A DNA stretch of 64,000 bases, from positions 25,422,001 to 25,486,000 of the forward strand of contig CM052816.1 of assembly GCA_028534125.1 (NCBI GenBank), written 5' to 3'. A program made the translations under genes and the position numbers. Below, one piece after another: positions 1 through 14,257 of the stretch (position 1 is its first letter; each line of letters opens with the position of its first letter). This DNA comes from Lama glama (Eukaryota). The notes under the pieces are model-generated. The model was given only the letters and a program-made list of their open reading frames with translations, had not been told where the DNA came from and made no database searches.

Positions 1-1674
1 ACCCTGCTGAAAATTAGAATAAAGGCTTTCTGTTACATCACTGAATCTATTTGAAACAAAACCCTTGTGAACTTAGGAAGGTCAAAAAGCAACAAGAGGT
101 ATAACAAAGGAAAGCTTGGGTGAACTTTCCTGAACTTCAGAGATATTCCAATTTGGTCTATAATTACCCGTGAGAAAGAGAATCAGATTTTTATCTTGCC
201 CTCCATCAAGACAAAGCAAAGTACATGTGCACTGATTTGGACACAATTTACCTGGGCCTAAGACTAACCCCATGGCTTGACCACAGCAGGCACATGTAAA
301 GGTACTGAATGGAGTATAACTTTTACTCCAGTTCCCCACAGTTCTATGTCAGTTGCTGCTTTAATTAGCTACATAGAACTGGTATCAATATCAAATAAGC
401 CTGAAAATCCAGAGCATTCTTTTGCTGTCTTTTGTTCTGTTTTATGGAGGAGCACATATTTGAGGATAAGTGCTAGGCATTAGGTTCTGTGTACAGATTA
501 TGTACTAGGAGTCTGGACCTTAAGAAATGTACCAACTACTGATGAGGTCTTTTTCAAGTGCTAAATTAGCAGTAAGGTCAGTTCTTGGAAACTTTGGTGG
601 GACACTTCACCACAGATGATCACTCTTCCGCAAGATGCCCACTGGTGATCCCCTGAAGAATCTGATTCACTGTCTCTCTTTTGTGTACAGGTTTAATACA
701 CTGATTTTATGACAAATAACAAAGAAGTCCCAAACATTATTTGTTAGATGTATGAAATAATTATATTATACTATTGGGGGAAAGACACTGTTGTTTTTAA
801 TCCTGGTTTTCAAGTCAACAGAAGAGTCCCTTCTCTGTCAGGAAGAAAAAAAGACTGTTTACTTCCAACTACAGCTAAGTGTTTCTGATTCAGTGGTTAT
901 GCTTTTCCCTGAGGCAAATTTGAGATGACTCACAGTTAACCCACTGCAAAATTACACCCTGTTTAAACAGGGAAAAAAATCTGTATTTGGGAACAAAAGT
1001 GGCAAATTTTTACAAATATTAATGAATTAAACTTAAATATAAATATTTGAGATGTTGGAATAAAATGAACAAATAGTATTTTGCATATTTATTTTATGTG
1101 GTACCCCAGTTAAGACTGAATTTCTTCAAGTATGAGATGTTGTTATTAAGGTTTCTCATTTTTCATTTCCAAAGCCATTGTTACATTGGTGATTTTTCGT
1201 TCTTTGACTATTGAATTATTTTAATCTATGAGATGTTTGCTGAGGCAGATAATAGGAGGTGTATGATGTTACCAAAAATAAATAAATAAACCCATATTCT
1301 TGTATATAAATGCATACTAAGTTTACAAAGTTGGGGATTTTTGTTCATTAATACTTTCATATAGTAGATGTTAGGATCAAGCCTGGAATTTCAAAGAGAT
1401 CTGTTTTTACCAATTCTTTTTTTAAGCTGTCATGTGTCCTAAATCATGAAAAATAAGTGTAGATAGGTTTGTTATTAGTTTCGTCAAATGCCTCCCTTTT
1501 CCTGCCTGAACCACCTGTTATCTTTGAAGGAAGTATCACGAGCTGGGGGAGGAAACCCTCTGATAAGAGCATTAGGCTCTCTTTTAACTCTTTCTAGAAT
1601 TCAAATGTTAGTGTACATTTGAGGCCTTAACTACTGTATGCCTTTGACATAATAATTATAATAATTAAATCTGT

Positions 1675-1922
1675 TGAATGTTTACTAGCTGCCAGGCCTG
1701 TGACCAAGTTTATGGCAGGCATTTGTTTTTATTATAGGCATTCATTTCATTTAATCTTCACATCGCAGCCAGGTGTAGTTACTATTACAAACGTTATTTT
1801 ACAGTTGAAGAAAGTGAAGCTTAAAGAGGTTAAGGAACTTGCCAGGAAATCACGCAACCAGTAAGTGGCACAGCATTTGTTGGAACCCTGAGTGGGCTGA
1901 TTCAGAGCCTTTGTTCTTAACC
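1675..1922 (-). mobile_element. MIR SINE
   Basis: Matches the reverse-complement MIR core: ttttacagttgaagaaagtgaagcttaaagaggttaaggaacttgcc...agtaagtggcacagc...gaaccc. Confidence 0.85.
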
Positions 1923-2339
1923 TGCATAATATCCTTCTTAAGAAAACAATTTCTTACTAATAACAAGAGGGGGAAAATACTATACCTGTCCAATAAGAAA
2001 TGGTTTAAGTTAAATTCACAGTTTAAATGAAAACTTGAGGAATAAAAAGCAGCTACTAAGACTTTTCACATAATTTACCAATAGTCTGTCTTTTGCCACT
2101 GGTTTGATATGTGTCAAAAATGGGTGAGAGCAAGCACTTGATGTATTGGGAATAATCATGAATTTGAGATTCTCTTCATGTCTACCCAAATTAAATCTTG
2201 AATTTTAATATATTTTTGAATGGTAGGACCAAATTTTGCCTGTGAATTTTCAAATGCAACATACATATATGCATGTATATCAGCAAAATAATGATGAATT
2301 ATTAAATTTATGTAGTTAAAAGCTATTTACATGTGTATA

Positions 2340-2600
2340 ATGTTAGCCAGGTGTCTTTAATATGATTTTACTTTGTAACATTTGATACATAAAAAGGAAT
2401 ACATATAACAAATACGTATACTACAAAGCATAAAATTAAACACCAGTGATGCCACCAGCACAGCCAAGACCCACAGCCTTGCTAACCTCACCACTGTCGT
2501 GAGTAGCTAATTTTGTGCCCCTTAGCCGGACATTTTCCAGTTTCCTGCCACAGACAGAGCACTATTATCCTGAATTTGATTTTATCATTTCCATTTCCCT
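2340..2600 (-). mobile_element. Ancient L1 (L1ME/L1MD-like) 3' fragment, continuing at ~3850-4150
   Basis: Degraded antisense L1 3'-end wording on both sides of the younger L1 at 2601-3845. Confidence 0.5.
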
Positions 2601-3135
2601 GCTTTTTAAAATTGAGGCATAATTGACGTAAGCTTTATATTCATCTCAGGTGTACAATAATGATTCAGTATTTGTATATATTGCAAGGTGATCACAACTA
2701 GTCTGGTTAACATCCATCACTATGCGTAGTTATAAACTGTTTTTCTTGTGATGAAGACTTTTATGATTTAGTGTCTTAGCAACTTTCATGTATGCAAGAT
2801 GGTATTAATAACTATACTCACCATGCTATATACATTATTTTATCATTGGAAATTTGTACCTTTTGACCACCTTTATACATCTCACCAAGTCCCATCCTCC
2901 CACTCTGGCAACCACTAATCTGTTCTCTGCAACTATGACCTTGGTTTTTTGGTTTTGGGGTTTTTTTAGATTCTTTGTGTAAATGAAATTATACAGTATT
3001 TGTCCATATTTATCTGACTTATTTCATTTAGGATAATGCCCTCAAAGTCCATCTATGTTATCACAAATAGCAAGATTTCCTTTTCTTTTATGGCTGAACA
3101 AAATTCCATTGTTTGTGTTGTATGTATGTATGTAC

Positions 3136-3178
<43 letters not shown>

Positions 3179-3845
3179 GCATGTTCTTTATCCATTCGTC
3201 TATACCAGAACACTTAGGTTGTTTCCATGTCTCAACTATTGTGAATAATGTTGCAATGAATGTAGAAGTGTATGTATCTTTTAAAGTTAGTGGGTTTTTT
3301 GGGGGGGGGGGTAAATACCAAGAAGTAGAATTACTGGATGGTAGTTCTATTTTTAGGTTTTTGAAGAACCTCCATACTGTTTTCCACAGTGGCTGCACCA
3401 CTTTATATTCCCACTAACAATGCACGAGGGTTTTTTCCTTTTTTCACATCCTCACCAACGCTTATTATTTCTTGTCTTTTTGATAATAGCCATTCTAACA
3501 GGTATGAGGTTATATCTCATTGTGTTTTTGATTTGTGTTTCCCTGATGATTAGTGATATTGAGTGTCTTTTCATGTGCCTGTTGGCCATTTATATGTCTT
3601 CCACAGAAAAATGTCTATGAGATCTTCTGTGCATTTTTTAATTAGATTGTTTGGGTTTTTCCTATTGAGTTGTATGAGTTCTTTATATATTTTGGATATT
3701 AACTCCTTATTAGATACATGATTTAGAAATATTTTGTCCCATTCTGTAGGTTACATTTTCATTTTGTTGAGGATTTTCTTTGCTATTCAGAACCTTTTCA
3801 GTTTGATGTAGTCCCACTTTATTTTTGCTTTAGTTGCCTTTGCTT
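2601..3845 (-). mobile_element. 5'-truncated L1 (L1MA9/10-like), ORF2 C-terminus plus 3'UTR
   Basis: ORF 3042-3401(-) reads [20 protein letters not shown]...TWKQPKC...DEWIK, the L1 ORF2 C-terminus; T-rich tail at ~2603. Confidence 0.93.
3119..3176. repeat. (TATG)n/(TG)n microsatellite inside L1
   Basis: Direct reading. Confidence 0.97.
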
Positions 3846-4151
3846 TTCCCTTTGCTTCTTAAAAATAATTTTAACATCTATGTATATTCCTACACAATAT
3901 GTTGCTTAGTTTTGCTAACCTTTAAGCTTTCTAGAAACAGCATCGTAATATGTATATAAGCAATCTGTGTGGACTTGTTCATTCATTCACCACTTTTATA
4001 CATTTATTCTTAATTTTGAAAGTAACTTTCATTTTTTGAGGATGTAATATTCCCTTTTATGAATATAAGAGAATATCCATTCTCTTAGAGATGAGCATTG
4101 TATTTTTCTTTTATAAATGGTGTTCATTTGAACATAATTGTATGTGTCTCC

Positions 4152-4522
4152 TGTGTGAGTCCTTGTGGACTGCTATAACAAAACACCATAGACTGGGTGA
4201 CTTGTAAACAACAGAAATTTATTTCTCACAGTTCTGGGAACTAAAATTCTAAGATCAGAGTACCAGCATGCTTGGGTTCTGGTGAGGGCCCAGTTCCAAG
4301 TTGCAGACTGCTGACTTCTTGCTGTGTCCTCATATGATGGAAAAAGCATGGGAGCTTTCTGGGATCTCTTTTATGAGGGCACTAATCCCATTGATGAGGG
4401 CTCTGCTCTCATGACCTAATTGCCTACCAAAGGCCCCATTTCAAATACCATCACCCTGGGGATTAGGTTTCAACATATGAATTTGGGGGTAGAGAGGGAC
4501 ACAAAACATTCATTCTGTAGCA
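4152..4522 (-). mobile_element. MaLR solo LTR (MLT1A-like)
   Basis: TG...CA termini; hallmark aacaacagaaatttatttctcacagttctgg and tttcaacatatgaatttgggg; 5-bp TSD tctcc (4147-4151) / tttcc (4523-4527). Confidence 0.93.
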
Positions 4523-5179
4523 TTTCCTATGCATGACAGTCTCTATAGTTTGGATATCTCTTTCTAGAGAACCATTTAGAAGTTATTAATGAAAATCCAG
4601 TTCCTAAGCTAAGCTAATTTTTTTTATTATAACAAATGCTTGCAAAGTTGCATTGAATAAGGAAAAATGATGTTCTGTCATTAAGGATACATTCTGTTTT
4701 ATGGTCATGAATATTTGCAAAAGGGATGATTTAAATAAATATCTATAACAGAGCTGGAAAATGCCAATAATATCATTTGAACTTTTGTAGCCTTTTTGAC
4801 CAAATAAGAAAGCTAAAGCATGTCATTTGTTTAAGACTATTAAAAGTGTGAAATCCATGTTCACTTAATAGAAGTCTGTTGCCACTCTCACTCTAGCAAA
4901 AGGAGTACAATTGACATTTTAAATATACTTATGTATGGGTAATAGGAATACCATCCAAGGCTGAAAAAGATGATTAAAAAAAATACTGGTGATGCCAGGT
5001 GCATTGTTGCAGCTGTAGTCTCATTGCTTTCTTTGTAGTTTGTTGACACTAGAATTGGGTTCTAGATTCAGCTATCATTAGGAGAGGAAGAAACTTGGTA
5101 CCTAATTCAGTGCTTTTAAGACCATGAAACTTTAATTATGTACATTTTTAAATGACACACTGATCTAAATTATTATATT

Positions 5180-5660
5180 GTGCATCAGAATGCTTTTTAT
5201 TGCAAGGGACGGAAAACCCAAGCTAAATCCAATTAGGTAAAAATGCAAGTTATTGGGTCGTGTTAAGTCATGGTTAAATCTAGCTTCATCTGTGCCTGAA
5301 TTCAGGGCCTGAAACACCACCACAGGGCCTGATCCTTCTGATCTTGGCTCAACTCTTGTCTCTGTTGGCTGTCAGAGCTATACTATCCCAGGTCCAGGTC
5401 TACAGGAAAAATGGGCACGCATTTCTGTCATCGATCTCTGCCAAATATCCTGCATTTCATTGGCTCTGACTGAGTCACATAAGCCATCCCCAAGCCTGTT
5501 TCTATGACAGAGAGAATACAAGATTCTGATTGATCAAGTCCTTCTTACCTGCCCAGCTCTGCTCAGGGAAGGGATCACCCTTACCCAAAACTTGAGCTGA
5601 GCCTGAGGGAGAATGTGATTCTCCAAGGATATCCCAGAAGAGCATCAAAGAAATACTGAG
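5180..5660 (-). mobile_element. Old MaLR LTR (MLT1J/K/L-like)
   Basis: ttgcaagggacggaaaacccaagctaaa start; attggctctgactgagtcacat...ttctgattg motifs. Confidence 0.6.
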
Positions 5661-7299
5661 TGGCTGATTTTTCACTTCAATTGTTTTTAATGCTCTGGTT
5701 CTACCAAATTTTATTCCAAATTCTACTTCTCATCCCTAATTACCTTTCACTTTCTCATGGCTTTTGGTGCAGTTGTTTCATGTTCTTAAAGTGGAGGGGG
5801 ACTTGTTTTGGGTGCCAAGCATCACCTTCCAGTATCATTACAGATAAGTGTATGCCACACATTTTCATTCATTGTAAACACTCCAGTAAGCTGCATTTGT
5901 AGTGAGGAATCTGACATTCTTGTACTCTTTGTCTAGGAAGTCTGAAGGGAATCGTTATGTCATTCAATAGACTAAAAATGTCCCACAGCAAGTTTTAAGT
6001 ATTTTTGCACTAAAGATTGCTCTTAAGTCAGCTTATAATTATCTCAGCTCTAGTTTCAGTTTTCTTTCATCTTCACAAAATATTGTTATCATGTCATATC
6101 AGAGGAGATCTACCCTCTTTGCACCCAAACAGTTTAAAATTTGACATCTACTGTGGTTAAAATGATTACCTTCAAAAACAGTCCTCACACAGTGATATTT
6201 CCACTAGCTCATGCCTGTGAAACACACATGAAACATATGCTCATTAGTTACAGGAACCAATTTAAATGATAATGTTTTCAAATGGCCAACATCAAATAAA
6301 CTTAGGGAGTAAACATCATTGCAACATGGTAAACAAGCTCTGAAGTGCAGCTGAGTGTGAAGGTGATTATCAAGGGACAGAGCTGGTGGGTACAGGGTGA
6401 ATAAACCAATCTAATGCCAGATAATAATGTAAATTTCTCATGCATTGCACTCCATTACTTGTCCCTTAGTTCTGCTCCCACTCTCCCCTATAGTTTAAAA
6501 AAAAAAAATTCCTGAGCTCTTGCTGACGCGTTCAATGTCCATTAAAAACAGGGAGAAGTATTTCACATGGGGGAGATTGGGCATGAGGATTTGACATGGA
6601 GACATAAATAGGGACATTAGTATTGTTAGGCTATTGCTATTAAGTATATTCCAATTAAGAGCATCACAGATTCATTACACAGACCAAAGCTACTATTATA
6701 AACTTCCAATAGAACTTTATTTAAAAATTTCATCCTTTAATCTCCTAGTATTAAGCATATTTTTAAATAGTGTAATAATACTTTGAACATTTCAGCAAAT
6801 TAGCACCGAGTAACATTTGATAGGCATTAAATATACCAAAACCACAACGGACTTAGAATATTTGAGTTGTTATGCCATGGTAAGAGGGCAGTTTATCAGA
6901 CTGACAAAGAGGAGGGAAAATATTTCCAGCAGAAAGCATTATGGGAAGAGGCATGAAAATATATGTTCCATTTTAAAAGTAGCAAGTGAAGGAGTGGGAG
7001 GGGGTAAGGAGGAGGAAGAAATGGAGCTAAGAAGACAACTTAGGTCTTACTTGTTTTAAATTTCAAATAGCAAGTATTATACAATTTTAAATGTAGAAAA
7101 AGTAAGACAAAGAAACCAAATAATGGGTTATAATATCAAAACCAAATTAATCTTATTGACAACTTTCTAAGTAAACTCACAAATATATATAGGTTATTAA
7201 AATCATACATAAAGACAAAAGAAGAAAGTAAAAACTCCCATCTTATCATCTCTGATGTCTTTCCCCAAAAGGGAATTATTCTGTAATAGTTAATCTTCA

Positions 7300-7950
7300 G
7301 TTTCCTTTATAAAAAAGTATTTTGAATAATTTGAATTTGTATAATTTGCATATAAAAGAAATATTCCACATGTTCTGCATCTTGCTGGTTCTTTAAGGAG
7401 ATTACAACATATATGTGGGATACTCTCATGGCAACATGTACAGATGTAACTCAGTAATTTTAGCAACTGAATGGTACTTAGTTGTAGGGTTGAAACAATT
7501 TAACTGATTTGATTGAAGGATGTTTTGGTAGTGTCCAGAGTTTTTTGTTAATAACAATGTTATTTACTTAAATATCTTGGTATATAGATATCTTAGCCAA
7601 ATGGCTTTTTCCAACAAAATATCCTTCTGCCAATAGTTTAACTAAAGTCTTCTCTTCTTAAGACCTGACAGCCTTGGGGACCATCAAACCTTTTAAATTT
7701 ACTTATGTAATAGGTAAAAATTTTGTATCTTGATTACTTTATTCCTATTTCTTTTAAAAAGAGTATGATTAAGCATTTTTCATAATACGCCTAGCCACTT
7801 TGGGACACAGGTTTTGAAGAAATTTTTATACCATGCTAAGAGATTTGGACATTTTCCTGGCACTAAAAAAAAATTTGTATCATTAAAAGTTAAGTCTTGG
7901 TAAAATCTGGATGATAAAATGGAAAAAGAAATGACTAAATTATATTTTAT
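7300..7950 (-). mobile_element. Highly degraded L1ME-like fragment
   Basis: Residual antisense L1 ORF2-end wording (gaaggatgttttggtagtgtccag...ataacaatg; gattaagcatttttcat). Confidence 0.45.
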
Positions 7951-10144
7951 TATTCTTGTCATTTTGTTTTATTTTTTTTTATCTGTATACTTAATTACTA
8001 TATTAAGTTTACTCTTGAGGCATATGGAGTAAAAATTATTTGAATGGGCTGTCAGTTCTTCAAGCTTTAGTGATAACCTACCCAAGTAAATTAAGAGTGA
8101 TAAGCATGGAGGCATTCATGCATGGAGTACCAGTGATGGGGAAAGTGCCTCCATATTTATCTAGCCACATAAACTCACTGAAAATCTGTATGTTTACCAA
8201 TGTATGCTCAGCAAATATTTATTTCTTCTGATTAAATCAACCCTATTACTTGAACTACTAAAAAAGGGGTTAAGAACAGTAGTTAACTTTTATGTCTTTC
8301 ATATATTCAAGTATTTATCAAACCCTGATTTTATAGCAGCAATATGGGTCCTTACTTTGTCATCACTGTATTGTGTGGCAGTAGAAATTCTGAAAGACTA
8401 AACAGTGTTTCTAGAGGGACACTGGAGTCCCCATTGCAGGTATCTGAGTAGGCCCTGCCTTGCTGCACCAGATATCACAGAATCCACAGTAGGCTCTGAC
8501 CCTCATATGTCATACCATAATCACGCATGTGACTTCATTTTAACACCAGGGCTCAGAGGCAGGCTGCACTTCAACATTTCTTATAACGTATTGGGTATAT
8601 TCTGTTAACACCCTGCCTCACTGACCCCTATACCACCATGAAAACATGTATTTATGTTCAAAACACAAGTGCCCTGTTTACCTATATGATATGTGACTCT
8701 ACTAGAAACAAAACTGCATTCTCAGTTGCAATATTGTTTTGGAAATTGTCAACATAGGATGTGGACAATTTGGAATTTTCGGAGAACAGATCATTCCATT
8801 CAGGAGCAGAAAAGAATTGTTTCTGCCAGAGACACCATTTCCTTTTGTAAATCTCTGCTTTTGCAGACAGTTTATCCTCTGTTTAATTCAAAGATTGCAC
8901 CTCTATTTGAGATTAATAACCACAATTTAAACTGGACTTTAAGGGAATATTTTTATAGCATATTACTGGTCAGTCTCATGAAGTACAATTTTTGGTTTGT
9001 TCTGTTTTGTTTTTCCATAGTGAGCCATATTCAACATGTCTTGTATTCACACACAAAATGAATTATACAACTTCTGTTATGAGATTTCTTTTTATAAGTT
9101 TGTTGGGATAGAAAATCCAGCTGTGTTAAATGGTAATAATGTTGATATCCCTCTCCATGGGCTCTTAACTTGATATTCTATTAAAGTCTTGTTTGTAGGC
9201 TTAAACCTCATGAATTCATTGAGGAGACAAAAATATCCTGCTTTCAGATTGCTAGGCAAGAATTTGCCTTTTTGTCTTCGCTTTTTCTTTCTCTAGATTT
9301 GTAATCCAAAAATCAGAGAAGCCAAAACATCATCACTATGGAGATATTCATGTGCCTTGTTCTTTTTCTCTGACTCTGGAAAATAAGTCTGTGCAGGGCA
9401 CATAACAGTGTAATTGACTGTCTGGTGCAGCTGCCATTGGGTCCTTCCTATAAGAAATCATATTAGCCTTCCTTTTTAATGTGTTCAGGGTAATAAGTCA
9501 TCCTTGACATTCACCATTCATACAACAAAATGTCTGTGTTACTAAATCAGCCCCAAGCTTATCAAATAATTAATACCAGATTTGTAAGTGACACAGATGA
9601 TGTCAGGTTTTTGTATTAAGTAGGACCTTGATCCCCAGCATTTGCTGGTTGCAATCCTTTTACTAACAGATAACATCTGCCAATGAGTAATACTTGGTTT
9701 CAGGGAAGAACAGCTTTTAGTGATTTTATTCCTATGAAGTTTACTAGGTTGACAACACTTTAAGCCAAATGCTTTTGTTTAACTGCCGTAAAGCAAGAAA
9801 TTGCTGTGCAAACTCTTTCACACTTTTTTAAGCCTTGAGGGAATCACATTTCAGGATAAGAAGATTCCTGCTCAGTCCTTGGCATAGACTCACTTCAGAA
9901 ATCACCAGTGAGCTCATTGCCTTTATATTTTGGGTAATGTCATTTTGTTGAGTAGGAAGTAGAAAGACATTGTCTACTAGGGTCAGTTGGGAAAGACTTT
10001 GAGTTCTCAACCCTGTCATCTAGATCACAGAAGGTGTAAAAATACTCCCAAATTAGCCAAGTTTCTTACTGTTGGAGTGGGAAGTCACAGGTGAGCAAGT
10101 GTAGAATCTACAATCATCTGCAAGTACTAGATTTGGAGAATTCA

Positions 10145-11340
10145 GTATCAGTTCATGCTTAGCTTAATACAGACACAGGTGGTTACATACAGAAACCTTT
10201 ATAGATATGTGAACATACATGGGTTAGGTTATATACATGTATTTTCTTGCACTGTCAGCTGAGAGGAAGTAGAAGCAATAATACCCTAGTAATAACCAGC
10301 ATCCTGTGTGCCCAGATCTTGTTTTCCAGTTCCATCCTGCAATAGAAAGAACCAGGTTCCTTGGAGAAACTGCTGATTCTAGGACTTGAATAGGAAATAC
10401 ACAAGATGAGGTTGGAGCATCTTGCAGTGCCAGAAAGCGAGAAAGTGCCAAAAACAAAAACAAAAAGTTCAGAATGAGGTCATATCAAAGGGACATAGAG
10501 GCCACCTAAAAAGTTTCAGATGGCTAAAATGATAACAATTTGAGCAATGAAATAAAACTGTATTGGTTTATAACCCCAAATATAAAATAAACATCTATAA
10601 ATCCATATTGATATAAATGAATGATTGAATAAATAAATGGGGGGGGGGAATAGATTGAATAAATAAATGGGGGGGAGGGATAGACATCTCCTGTGAAGAA
10701 TTCCAAATAATTCAGGGAGATAATTCATCCTCAAGAAGGTGAAGCAAAACTCCCACTTAAGTATAGGCTGCACATAATATGCTCTTTCCAAAAAACACAG
10801 TATAGAAAGGGGGAAAAAAGAGTAACCTGGCGAACACTGCCTCAGCCGGGCAATGAAGGTTAACACCAGCAGTGATGAGTCATGTTGATAGCGTGTGTTC
10901 TTGATCTAATGTGATAAGAATGGAACTTGTCCTCTATAGTGTTTCAAAAACCTGTAACCCTAGTCTAATCATGAGAAAAACATCACACAAATCCCGATTC
11001 AGGGACGTTTTACACAGCATCTGACTAGTACTCCTCAAAACTGTCAAGGTCATCAAAAATAAGAAAAGTCTTAAGAAACTGTCATAGGCAAGAGGAGCCT
11101 AGGATGACATGACAACAAAATATTAGTGATATCCTTGATAGAAATCCTGGAACAGGAAGGATAGTCAGTAAAAAATAAGGACATATGAATAAAGTGTGGG
11201 CTTTAATTAATAACAATATATTACTATTAGTTCATTCATTATGAGAAATGAAAATACCATAGTAATATAAAATGTTAATAATTGAGGAAACTGGGCCTAT
11301 AGGAATGGCATACTATCATCACAATTTTCCTATAAAAATC
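10145..11340 (+). mobile_element. L1MC/L1MD-type long 3'UTR
   Basis: gcccagatcttgttttcc...ccttggagaaactgctgattctagg...tactcctcaaaactgtcaaggtcatcaaaaat, typical of these ancient L1 3' ends. Confidence 0.85.
10623..10682. repeat. 2 x 30-bp tandem duplication with G-runs
   Basis: gattgaataaataaatgg(G)n...ta twice, at 10623-10652 and 10653-10682. Confidence 0.9.
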
Positions 11341-13699
11341 TAATTTTATTATAAAATGTAAACTTTTAAAAAAGATTTAAACACTCCCTAATTTACTGTT
11401 TTTGGAATATGGAATTTAATTAGATGTCAATATTTTTATGACATCCAAACTAAATTATTATTCTCTGATGTCCCATAGATTTGTGAGTTGGTTCTGCTAA
11501 GTGCTTTAATCAAAGCTTTAATTTTACCCTGAGAATGGTCTTTCCAGATGTTATGAAATATTTTCTAAGTTATTCATATGCTGTCATTTTGGTTATTACA
11601 CCATCTCTGATAAAAGACCACTGTAGCTTGACTCTCAGTTTTATTAAAACTCTATTATGATTATCCTTCTAAAAACACTCTAAACTCTGGTCAGCCTCAC
11701 TCAGAGTGGTAATGAGGGTAGTATGTATCATTGCAAGTCTAATTCTGCCCATTATCTTCCTGAGTCTCCATTTATGCTCATCTAAAAGTGTTATTTGAGC
11801 TGGAAGATCATTCTGTAACCTTCAGATTACTGCTGGGTGGCTTCGGCAGAAAGGGAATTACCAATGCATTAAATTTGAATTAGCTCTGAGAAATCATGCA
11901 GATGTATGCACCGAACATTATAGCAATACTGTCTCCCAGGCACAGCAGAATTGCTTTTATGCAGTTTTAAAAAATCACTTGAGCAACCCTTAAATTGCAC
12001 ACATGATGAAGCTGAGCCAGCATCTTCTGTTTAAAAAAAAAAAAACCCTGCAGCCCAAATCTAGCCTTTCAGGGAAGTTGTCTTTCAGAGAAACCTGATC
12101 ACACAGGGACTGCTGCTGAGTGGACTGTTTGGGTTTCAGCCCCAGCATATTAGAGTGCCCTGGCAGAGTGACTGCAGAAGTGTCACTTAGACTAATGATT
12201 ATGAATTATGCAGAGGGTCATATCCTCTTAGTTACAAGTCATTTACACGGTCTCCCTCTAGACTGCCTAGCCTGGTTCAATATTTTTTCCTCCTACTAGG
12301 AAATAACTCATTGAATAGATGTTCAAAGTTGAATTTATTGACATTCTATTTTTCTTCCATAATGCCAAGCTTGCAAAACAACCACATGAAAAAAACCAGA
12401 CACTTACCCTCAGTGAAATTATAGCAGTAACAAGTCTCAGTTTGTTGTTTTTTCCTTTAGTCTGTCAGAACGCTTCTCATTTTAAAGGTCTGACAGTACT
12501 AATACCTCCCTCTCTGTCTAACTCTTCTATCTTCAGTTAAATTGAAAAGGTGGTGTAAAGAAACATGAAGGGGGAAAAAGGACAACACAATTGACACTGA
12601 AATCCACACATCTCAATCTATGAGATGCATACTGTTTGAGTGAACTACTTAGAAGGGAGTACAACAGGAAAACCAGAGAATCTCATTCTTGACATTAAAA
12701 ATCTATCAGACTTAACTATATTTTTTATAAACCTGAGGCCTTGTGCCTACACTTAAGATGAAAGAGACTGGTCACAAACGATTGTCTATGTTAACATGTG
12801 ACTTATTCAGCATGACTGCATGGATCAGTGGGGAAGTCAGCTGAAATATGAGGGTCTGCTTCTGTATTGCTCAATGAACTTAGATTTCAGTGGAAAGTAT
12901 GAGGAATATTGACCTCTCCCAAAAGTGCAACATCCATGACCAGCTTCAAAGTCACAAACCATTTTTCACAAGAGCAGGACAAAGTGTTTTTTTTTCCAGA
13001 GAGATTGAGCAGATTTTGTCTCCATGAGAGCTGATCAGGGCAGAACCTCTCAAGACTCCATAACCAACCTCAGGGCCAAGTCTTGTCATTGTTTATATGT
13101 TGGGTGATCATTCAGCCACACAAAATGTCATTCAACCTAGACCTCAGTCCAGGGCAGCTACCCTGATGGCTATATTTTAGAGTAGGCTCTTGCTACCAGA
13201 AATGACAAGGGCCAAGTAGGGAAAACAGAAGGAGAGTGCTCTGGAACACTGTTCACACTTCCAGCAAGTGAGCTGACATAGGTGGTACAGTGATACAGTG
13301 ATGGCGTCCAGCTGACACATTTGCTGTTCCTGAGGGACCTGTGTTGTCTATAGAGGTTTCTCAGGAGTACAAGTAGTAGAGCAAGAAGATAACTGTCAGA
13401 CTGCACCAGCTAGATCTCACTCCCATCATCCCTGCCTGCCCAAAAATAAACCTAGATAAGCTCCCACAGGGCAACTTGTGCCAGTGCAGTGGAGAGAAAT
13501 GTCACTTGAAAACCTTCCTTGACAGGATAACTTTAGTTGTTGAGATAGCAGCCAGAGGGACGTTTAACCCAGAACTCCAGCCATACCACTCCTATGCTCA
13601 AATATGAAAGGCCTTCTCAACCCTCTCAGAAGAAATAGCAGTGCTAGAATGACCTCCAGGCCAGTCGCTCTGCCCCTCCGCAACCTGACCACTTCCCCT

Positions 13700-14135
13700 C
13701 CTTGCACGTCACCCCATGGCTGCACTCCTCCTTGCCCTTCCTCTGACCATCTAAGTTTGCTCCAGCTGATGGCCTCTGCTTAGAAAGTTCTTCCCTCAGC
13801 TGTCTACCACCAAGGCCTCTTTACTCACGCCCTTCAGGGCTCAGCTCAGATGTCATGGCTGACATGTTCTGGGACCTCTTTGTAGCAAATAAAAACACCC
13901 ACCCAGACATAACATGTCCCCTTGCACCGCTATATTTTTCTGTGTAACACTCATCTCCCACAGTATATTGTGGGATGCACAATATATTTCACTTATTTGT
14001 TCATTCTTAGCTCCTGTGACAAGAATGTCAAATATACAAGTGGCAAAGACTTTTGTTTTATTTACTGCTTTCTTCCTAGAATCTAGAAAGTGCCTGGGAC
14101 AAAGTGAGTATTCAGCACCATTTGTTGAATTAAAC
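13700..14135 (+). mobile_element. L2 LINE 3' end
   Basis: gctcagctcagatgtca...tagaaagtgcctgggacaaagtgagtattcagcaccatttgttgaat. Confidence 0.8.
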
Positions 14136-14257
14136 AAGGAAGTTTTAATGTGTGTTTTCTCTATCTCCCTTTCTCAGCCTAACATCCCTCCACCCCCATC
14201 TCTTCCACACACACTCATACTTGTATCCATACCCAGCTCGATGAATTTTAAAAAGCC

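Noticed and set aside
670..760. Acceptor-like tctctcttttgtgtacag at 690
   Set aside because: All three downstream frames close within about 25 nt and no convincing donor follows.
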